Shown: positions 37,974-44,241 of the stretch, one piece after another
How positions within the stretch are numbered: the stretch's first letter is position 1
How the letters are laid out: each line of letters begins with the position of its first letter
DNA from: an uncultured bacterium
Lineage (GTDB): Bacteria; Hydrogenedentota; Hydrogenedentia; Hydrogenedentales; JAEUWI01
Length of the DNA stretch: 44,241 nucleotides
Assembly: GCA_963977445.1 (NCBI GenBank)
Contig: CAXBPH010000016.1
Span: 1 to 44,241 of the forward strand
Reading direction: 5' to 3'
The notes under the pieces: model-generated
Told to the model about the DNA's origin: nothing
The model's input: only the letters and a program-made list of their open reading frames with translations
Database searches by the model: none
Program-made: the position numbers and the translations under genes

Positions 37974-40133
37974 ATGCGCGTGTTGGTAACGGGAGGTGCG
38001 GGTTATCTCGGCTGCTGTCTGGTGCCGGAAATGCTGGCACGGGGCCATGCCGTTCGGGTATTCGACCGGGGCTGTTTCGGATTCGACGGGCTCCCGGCGG
38101 GCTGCGAGGTAATCCAGGGCGACATTCGCCGCCTTCAGGAGCACCCCGACCTGCTCATAGACATCGAATGTGTCGTCCATCTCGCGGGCCTGGCCAATGA
38201 CCCCTCGTGCGATCTGGATGCCGAGATGGCGTGGGATGTAAACGTCGAAAGCACCCTGGAACTGGGTCGGCGGGCCATGGAAGCCGGCGTAAAGCGCTTC
38301 CTTTTTGCCTCTTCCTGCGCGGTCTATGGACAGGGCGTCTATGCGCGCCTCGACGAATCCAGTCCGGCCAATCCGGTTTCCACCTTTGGCCGAAGTAAAC
38401 GGGCCGCAGAAGAAGGCCTGCTGGGCCTGTGTTCCGCCACCTTTCAACCCGTCATCGTCCGTGCGGGGACCCTTTTCGGCGTATCACCCAGAATGCGCTT
38501 CGACCTGGCCATCAACCAGATGGTGGCGACCGCAGAAAAAGACAACCGAATCGAAGTGCGCGGTGGCGGACGACAGTGGCGTCCCTTTATCCATGTACGC
38601 GATGCGGCACGGGCCTATAACTCTCTTATGGAAGCTCCCCGAGACGTCCTGACGGAAAATACCTACAATCTGGGCTCCAACGCGCTGAATATACAGATTT
38701 CGGCTCTGGCAGACGCGATCAGCGACCAATTGGGCTCGGTAAACATCGTGCGGGCCACCGACGATGATGATTTGCGGGACTTCCGCGTGAATTTCGACCG
38801 ATTGACCCAAACGCTCGGTTTTCAATGTGAACATGACCTGAAATCCGGGGTAACCGAACTCGCTGCCTATGTAAACACGCTGGATTCACCGCCCTTCTCG
38901 CCCCCCTTCTTTAATGCCGACCAGATGCGCCAGCTCCGTCAGACCCCCGTATCCGAAGGGGGCGACCCCGTCGCCGCACGCTTCATCCCCCTCAGCCGCC
39001 CCAGTCTCGGCCCCGAGGAGGAAGGAGCCGTCCTCGAAATACTCCGTAGCGGCTGGCTCACTTCGGGACATCAAATCGCGGCCTTCGAGCAGGCCTTCTC
39101 CCAGACCACGGGAGCCTCACAGACGGTTGCCGTAAATTCCTGCACGGCGGCCATCCACCTTTGTCTGGCGGATATTGGCGTCCAGCCCGGTGACGAGGTC
39201 ATCTCGACGCCCATTACCTGGGCCTCGACCGGCAACACCCTCCTCCATATGGGTGCCCGGATTGTTTTCGTAGATAGTGAAGCAGACACCCTCAATCTGG
39301 ACCCCGCGCTGGTAGAAGCCGCGATTACGGAACGTACCAAAGCCATTATCCCGGTCCACCTGGCCGGTCACCCCTGTGATCTGGCCCCGCTTCGGGCAAT
39401 CGGTGAGCGTCACGGCATCCCCCTGATTGAAGACGCCGCCCATGCGCTGGGTGCCCGTTATGAAGATAAACCCGTGGGCAGCGACAGTGCCTACGCCTGT
39501 TTCAGCTTTTACTCCATCAAGAATATCACCACCATCGAAGGCGGCATGGTCGCCCTCCGCGATCCTGAGCGGGCGGCCCACATCCGTCAACTTGCCACCA
39601 ATGGAATGGCCCAGACCGCCTGGGACCGCTATGGCCGAAGTGCAGTCGCGGGACCCCAGGAAGTCCAGGAGCCGGGCTTTAAATACCTCATTGGTAATGT
39701 GAGCGCCGCCATGGGGGTGGAACAGCTCAAGAAATTCGCCCATTTCAGTATCGCCCGCCAGCGCCTCGCCCGCATGTATGATGAGGTGCTGGAATCCATC
39801 CCGGAAATCGAGTTACCAACGGTCCGCCCCAACGTGACACACGCGTGGCATCTATATGTCATCCGCCTTCGCCTGGAGCTCCTGCGATGTACCCGCGATG
39901 AATTCGCCCAGGCCCTCCGCCAGGAAAACATCGGAACCGGAGTCCATTTCTATGGGCTCCACCTCCACGCCTACTACCAGCAGACCCTGGGATACCACGC
40001 CGACGATTTCCCGGTCGCCACAGAAGCATCTCTTCGGATAGTATCCCTCCCCCTCCACCCCCAACTGACGGACAAGAACGTTCACGAGGTAGCGGTGGCG
40101 GTGCGAAAGGTAATCGCGAATAATCGCCGCTGA
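37974..40133 (+). CDS. Fusion of an NAD-dependent epimerase/dehydratase (extended SDR) and a DegT/DnrJ/EryC1/StrS sugar aminotransferase
   Basis: N-terminal VTGGAGYLG, HLAGL, ASSCAVYG and RPFIHVRD; C-terminal SGWLTSG, NSCTAAIH, EDAAHA and SFYSIKNITTIEGG (PLP Lys); a single 719-aa frame; GGAGG RBS. Confidence 0.92.
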   Translation: MRVLVTGGAGYLGCCLVPEMLARGHAVRVFDRGCFGFDGLPAGCEVIQGDIRRLQEHPDLLIDIECVVHLAGLANDPSCDLDAEMAWDVNVESTLELGRRAMEAGVKRFLFASSCAVYGQGVYARLDESSPANPVSTFGRSKRAAEEGLLGLCSATFQPVIVRAGTLFGVSPRMRFDLAINQMVATAEKDNRIEVRGGGRQWRPFIHVRDAARAYNSLMEAPRDVLTENTYNLGSNALNIQISALADAISDQLGSVNIVRATDDDDLRDFRVNFDRLTQTLGFQCEHDLKSGVTELAAYVNTLDSPPFSPPFFNADQMRQLRQTPVSEGGDPVAARFIPLSRPSLGPEEEGAVLEILRSGWLTSGHQIAAFEQAFSQTTGASQTVAVNSCTAAIHLCLADIGVQPGDEVISTPITWASTGNTLLHMGARIVFVDSEADTLNLDPALVEAAITERTKAIIPVHLAGHPCDLAPLRAIGERHGIPLIEDAAHALGARYEDKPVGSDSAYACFSFYSIKNITTIEGGMVALRDPERAAHIRQLATNGMAQTAWDRYGRSAVAGPQEVQEPGFKYLIGNVSAAMGVEQLKKFAHFSIARQRLARMYDEVLESIPEIELPTVRPNVTHAWHLYVIRLRLELLRCTRDEFAQALRQENIGTGVHFYGLHLHAYYQQTLGYHADDFPVATEASLRIVSLPLHPQLTDKNVHEVAVAVRKVIANNRR

Positions 40134-40158
40134 GGGGCCACACCGTTGAGACCAGAGG

Positions 40159-40167
40159 TGGTATACT
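40159..40167 (+). promoter_or_regulatory. Extended -10 promoter candidate
   Basis: TG-G-TATACT upstream of the GGAGG RBS and TTG start at 40196. Confidence 0.45.
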
Positions 40168-40195
40168 GGTAGCAGGAAAAACTGGAGGAAATACG

Positions 40196-40717
40196 TTGGA
40201 CTATAAGTTGGCAAAATGTGCCCGATGCGAAAAATTATTCAACAAAATCGTGTCAGAGGTGTGCAATAACTGCCAACCGGACGAAGACGCTGATTTCAAC
40301 CGGATCCACGACGTAATCTCGCGCATCCGGGGCCTGAACGCCCACGATGTGGCCGACGAGGCCGGCGTAGACATTACCTGCGTCTTTCGCATGCTTCGGG
40401 AAGGTCGCATAGACAATATAGAGAGCAATGAAACTGCGACATGTGGACGGTGCGGTGCCAAGGCCATCAGTGCCACCAAACGACTCTGTGAGCACTGCCT
40501 CATTGACCTCGACCGGGAGTGTGCCCATGCCATGATGGAAATGCGGCAGCGTATTCGCTCGAAGAGTGAAAGCGACATGAATGACGTTCAGGCGGCGGTC
40601 ATGAATAAGCGGGCCAGTAAAAAAGAGCGGCGCGAATCACAGATACCGGTCACTGCGGAGAAGGATAGCACCCAAAAGCGACGTATGGTCGTTCAGGAAC
40701 GGCTGCGCAGGAAATAA
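40196..40717 (+). CDS. YvyF-like (flagellar-operon-associated) double zinc-finger/HTH protein
   Basis: LAKCARCEKLF..VCNNC, HTH-like AHDVADEAGV..MLREGRI, and CGRCG..LCEHC; GGAGG RBS. Confidence 0.75.
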   Translation: MDYKLAKCARCEKLFNKIVSEVCNNCQPDEDADFNRIHDVISRIRGLNAHDVADEAGVDITCVFRMLREGRIDNIESNETATCGRCGAKAISATKRLCEHCLIDLDRECAHAMMEMRQRIRSKSESDMNDVQAAVMNKRASKKERRESQIPVTAEKDSTQKRRMVVQERLRRK

Positions 40718-40897
40718 CTCCCTGTGCGGGGCCCGCGGAAACTTGCCCAGCACGACGGCAGACGGGGTCACAACGTTGACTTGCCGAGTGCCCCCTCAGA
40801 ACGTTACTGTATAGGCATAATTCCAAGATTTAGCAAACGGGGGCCGCAGCATTAAACGTAGCTGGATTGCGGCAGGGGCCTGAGGGCCGGGAATTGA

Positions 40898-41308
40898 TTG
40901 GCATTGACTTCGCTTACACATACCAAGTGTTTCAATCACGGCCATAGAGAAGCCGTCGCCCGCTGTCCTGCGTGCATGCGCAATTTCTGCCGGGAATGCG
41001 TAACGGAACATGACCACCGCATCCTGTGTGCCTCCTGCATCGCCGCAATCACCGTAGAGGAAGCCCCCCTGCGACGTCGATTGCCCCTCATTGGCCTGCT
41101 CCAGTTGTCGAGTGCCGTGTTCGTATTGTGGACAGCATTTTATATTGCGGGTCAGGCTCTCCTACTCATTCCCTCGACATTTCACGACAGTGGCGACAAC
41201 TTTCTCTCTCAAATTGAGGCGATGGATGAAAGCCAGACCGAAGACGACACCCCAACCGAGGACATGACGACCGAAGCCGTTGCCTCGGGGAACATCGTCC
41301 ATGAATAA
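40898..41308 (+). CDS. Small B-box-like zinc-finger membrane protein
   Basis: CFNHGHREAVARCPACMRNFCRECVTEHDHRILCASC followed by a TM helix and an acidic tail. Confidence 0.8.
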   Translation: MALTSLTHTKCFNHGHREAVARCPACMRNFCRECVTEHDHRILCASCIAAITVEEAPLRRRLPLIGLLQLSSAVFVLWTAFYIAGQALLLIPSTFHDSGDNFLSQIEAMDESQTEDDTPTEDMTTEAVASGNIVHE

Positions 41309-43067
41309 TGCCACGAAAGCCAGAAAGAAGGGACCTTCCGCCTTTCTGCTCGCCGAAGAGGCCGTGCAACTCCTCCTCCAGACCGGGCTGGTGGCTATGA
41401 GCATTTATGCCATTGGTTCCGTCCCGTTCGTATTGGGCCTCATCGCCTATGCCGGCACCATGGCCCACAGCGGTCTGGCCCACCACTACCTCGGGACGGG
41501 CGCCCTCGGGCTCACGATGCTGTTCCTGTGGATGAAGGTTTTTCATGCGCGCTTTTCCCAGCACGTCCGTGCACGGCTGACCGATAGCCCCTTGAGCCCC
41601 TGGACGTTGAAACAGTTTTTTACAACCTTATGTCGCCAGAGTTTCATCCAGGCGACTGCCGTACTGGTGTATCCCGTGGCGTTCTTGACGATCATACCCA
41701 TCGGCTATTCCATGGCATTCTATCAGAACGCCTCGGTGCTCGACGATGGACGGGTCGTACCGCTTCGCACCTTTCTTGGTGAGGTCATGACACAAGTGCG
41801 GCGCTGGCCCAAACAGAATCACCTGCTATTGTGGCTCTGTAGCCCCGTGATGGTTTGTGTGGGGGCCGCAATTGCACTGGGCACCTTCCCCATTATGGAT
41901 AGCCTGGAAGACAACTTACTGGTTTCCCTGGGCGGATTCTATGGCACCATACTCCTCATCCTGGCCTTTCCATTGGCACCCTTTGCGGTGATGACGGTAG
42001 TCAATGTGGGCGTTGGCTTTTTCGTACTCATTGAATTCTTTCACATCTTTACCGGTGCGGATACGTTAATTTCCCGAAGCCCGGAAGCCGTCGTCGGCAA
42101 TGACTTGTTCATCGCGTGTGCCTGCGGCGTGGCCTACCTGTTGCTGGACCCCGTCCTGAAATCTGCCTATGCCATTCGCTGCTTCGAGGGAGAGTCCCTC
42201 CGGACGGGGGCCGACTTGCGGGTGATTCTCCATCGCATACGCAAAACCCTTGCCTGCCTGCTGCTCGTGGCCGTTGCCGCAACGGCCCTCCCCGCCATGG
42301 CCGAAGCCCCCACATCGGACACGTCCATCAACTCCCTGAATGATGCCATCGACAAGGAATTGGCGGAACGACGTTACACGTGGCGCATGCCGCGCGAAAC
42401 CCAACCCGATGTGGAAATGCCCTGGCTCCTTCAGATGTTCTCTGATTTTGCGGAGAGCGTCCGGGGTTGGGTTAAGGCAGGATGGGATTTTATTACCGAT
42501 CTCATCGAGCGCATATGGGACTGGTTCTTTGGTGACGATGAACAAAGCGCAAGCGCGGGCTCTCCCCGTAGTTTTACCCAGTCTCTCGGTGTGCTCGTTA
42601 AAATTCTGGTCGTCCTCCTTTTGGGCGTAATCACCTTTCTCATTTGGCGTAGTTTCGCAAACCGTCCTTCCAGAACCTTAATTCCGACGACGACGCTGTC
42701 GGAAAACGTCCCTGACCTTCACGATGAGGCGACGAGTGCGGCGGATTTACCCGAAGACGAGTGGTATGCCCTGGCACGGGAACTCGCCGGCAAAGGGGAC
42801 TTCCGACTGGCCTCACGGGCCCTCTTCTTTTCAATTCTTGCGACGCTGGCGAGCAAAGAGATCATTCGAATCGCCCGCTTCAAATCCAATATGGACTACG
42901 ACTACGAAATGCGCCACCGGGCGGCGGCCATCGGTAATGCGCCCCAGCTCTTTGCCCAAAGCACCTTCCTCTACGAATCCGTGTGGTATGGCGAACATGA
43001 GGCCAATGCAAAGACCCTGGAAGACCTCCATGCCTTCCAGTCGGAGCTGCGCCATGGCCTTTCGTAA
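41301..43067 (+). CDS. Multi-TM membrane protein with C-terminal DUF4129-like domain
   Basis: Many hydrophobic helices; FEGESLRTGADL; ARELAGKGDFRLASRALF..KSNMDY..YESVWYG (DUF4129-like). Start placed at ATG 41301. Confidence 0.85.
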   Translation: MNNATKARKKGPSAFLLAEEAVQLLLQTGLVAMSIYAIGSVPFVLGLIAYAGTMAHSGLAHHYLGTGALGLTMLFLWMKVFHARFSQHVRARLTDSPLSPWTLKQFFTTLCRQSFIQATAVLVYPVAFLTIIPIGYSMAFYQNASVLDDGRVVPLRTFLGEVMTQVRRWPKQNHLLLWLCSPVMVCVGAAIALGTFPIMDSLEDNLLVSLGGFYGTILLILAFPLAPFAVMTVVNVGVGFFVLIEFFHIFTGADTLISRSPEAVVGNDLFIACACGVAYLLLDPVLKSAYAIRCFEGESLRTGADLRVILHRIRKTLACLLLVAVAATALPAMAEAPTSDTSINSLNDAIDKELAERRYTWRMPRETQPDVEMPWLLQMFSDFAESVRGWVKAGWDFITDLIERIWDWFFGDDEQSASAGSPRSFTQSLGVLVKILVVLLLGVITFLIWRSFANRPSRTLIPTTTLSENVPDLHDEATSAADLPEDEWYALARELAGKGDFRLASRALFFSILATLASKEIIRIARFKSNMDYDYEMRHRAAAIGNAPQLFAQSTFLYESVWYGEHEANAKTLEDLHAFQSELRHGLS

Positions 43068-44241
43068 GTCTCATTTAACCATCGCCCTGGGCGGTCTGGT
43101 GTTGCTCGCCGGGCTGGTTCAATTCGTATCCTTAATGCAGAGTCGTGTGGAGACGGGCGAAAATTTCCAGGAGTATTCCACGCTGCGGGCCGATCCCCTG
43201 GGCACGATGGCCCTCTACAATGCCCTCGATGCCATGCCCGAATACGACGCGATGCAATACGTCCGCCCCATAGAGGAATTGACCGAAGGCGCAGACACTA
43301 CCCTGCTTATTCCGGGAGCTTCTCTTGGCCTGGACCCCGCCCCCATCCTGGAATCACTGGAGGCCTTTGCCGTGTCGGGCGGCCGCATTGTGATTGCTTT
43401 CTATCCCCAGGACGACGATTTCGACCTCCGATACTTGCGTTCGGCGATTCGTCAGCGGGATCGCGCGCAAGAGCGCCAGCAAGAGGCACGTCGGAAGAAA
43501 AATGCCGAACAGGCCCCTGAAACGGACGCCCCGGCTCCAGAAGCAGCGGTGCCTGAGGAAACGAAGACCGAAGAAACACAAGCAGCAGACGCTACACCGG
43601 AAGTGTCCGCCGAATCGAAAATAGAAGAGGACAAGTCCCTCCCAGTGGGCGCAAAAGTTCCCAAAGACGATGAAGACGGGCCTGCTGCCAATAAGAAGAA
43701 AAAGAAAAAGAATGGGGCGAAGCAAAATGCTGATGATGGTGATGAAAAAGATGATGATGAAAAAAAAGTAGATGACGAGGAAGACGATGAGTTGTTCCCC
43801 ATTTCTCCTGGTGATCTGCACGCCGTCGATATCTCCGAACGTTGGGGCTTCGAATATGGCTTTGAGGTGGCCCTGGATGATTCGGTAGCCGTGCGCAATG
43901 ACGACACCCTTCCCGTGGAGGAAAAAATACGGCTTCGCTCGGGCCTGTACTTTCGGACCGAAAACGACCGTTGGATGCCCATCTACCTGCAATCCAGCAA
44001 GAGTGAAACGTCGAAAAATGTGACTATCATGGAGCGCAAGTTCGGCAAGGGAAGCATCGTAATTTGTAGTGATTCTTATTTCCTGAGCAACGAAGCCCTC
44101 CGCAAAGATCGGGCACCCGAATTGATTCGATGGGCCATGGGAACCAACCGCACCCTCCTCTTCAGCGAAATACATCTCGGTAATGGCCAGCAGGACCGCA
44201 TCATGACCCTGATACGCCGCTATCGACTACACGGCGTTATT
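43054..44241 (+). CDS. DUF4350-like membrane-anchored protein (partial, runs off the right edge)
   Basis: GGAG RBS and ATG 43054; MAFRKSHLTIALGGLVLL.., YSTLRADPLGTMALY, GKGSIVICSDSYFLSNEAL and LFSEIHLG. Open to the window end, so absent from the ORF track. Confidence 0.85.
   Translation, partial: MAFRKSHLTIALGGLVLLAGLVQFVSLMQSRVETGENFQEYSTLRADPLGTMALYNALDAMPEYDAMQYVRPIEELTEGADTTLLIPGASLGLDPAPILESLEAFAVSGGRIVIAFYPQDDDFDLRYLRSAIRQRDRAQERQQEARRKKNAEQAPETDAPAPEAAVPEETKTEETQAADATPEVSAESKIEEDKSLPVGAKVPKDDEDGPAANKKKKKKNGAKQNADDGDEKDDDEKKVDDEEDDELFPISPGDLHAVDISERWGFEYGFEVALDDSVAVRNDDTLPVEEKIRLRSGLYFRTENDRWMPIYLQSSKSETSKNVTIMERKFGKGSIVICSDSYFLSNEALRKDRAPELIRWAMGTNRTLLFSEIHLGNGQQDRIMTLIRRYRLHGVI

Noticed and set aside
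40825..40890. Riboswitch in the leader of the zinc-finger gene
   Set aside because: A GCCGCA/TGCGGC stem is present, but I could not match the conserved motifs of any riboswitch class.
43354..44175. 273-aa hydrophobic minus-strand ORF
   Set aside because: Reverse complement of the Lys/Asp/Glu-rich part of the real plus-strand gene that starts at 43054.

Overview
A GC-rich bacterial chromosomal window of mostly core genes around dnaA. The gene content is tentatively suggestive of a Hydrogenedentota/PVC-like diderm; this is inference only. From left to right: (1) the 5' end of a secreted-protein gene; (2) a co-oriented trio of a trypsin-fold protease-TPR, a Hanks-type membrane Ser/Thr kinase and a secreted thioredoxin-fold/TPR/CsgG-like protein; (3) a convergent intergenic gap with two terminators and a duplicated ~100 bp hairpin element; (4) an RND efflux operon followed by a DUF2231/cytochrome c fusion; (5) a GNAT and a hypothetical protein; (6) dnaA-def-recR with four DnaA boxes in exact 11-bp phase; (7) a single-domain MazG, pdxA and an FG-GAP protein; (8) a MoxR-DUF58-transglutaminase operon and an alpha/beta hydrolase; (9) ligA coupled to an MlaE/F/D-PqiC-like ABC system; (10) an ECF sigma/anti-sigma pair, an SprT-like metalloprotease, an epimerase-aminotransferase fusion and a YvyF-like protein; (11) the start of a DUF4129/DUF4350 operon. 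I saw no rRNA, tRNA, CRISPR array or transposase. The best leads are an SprT-like protease that begins with a beta-clamp-type motif (QLELPF), the protease/kinase/TPR cassette, the duplicated structured intergenic element, a triplicated anti-sigma module, and several enzymes with substituted catalytic residues. All family calls come from motif recognition by eye; no database searches were run.
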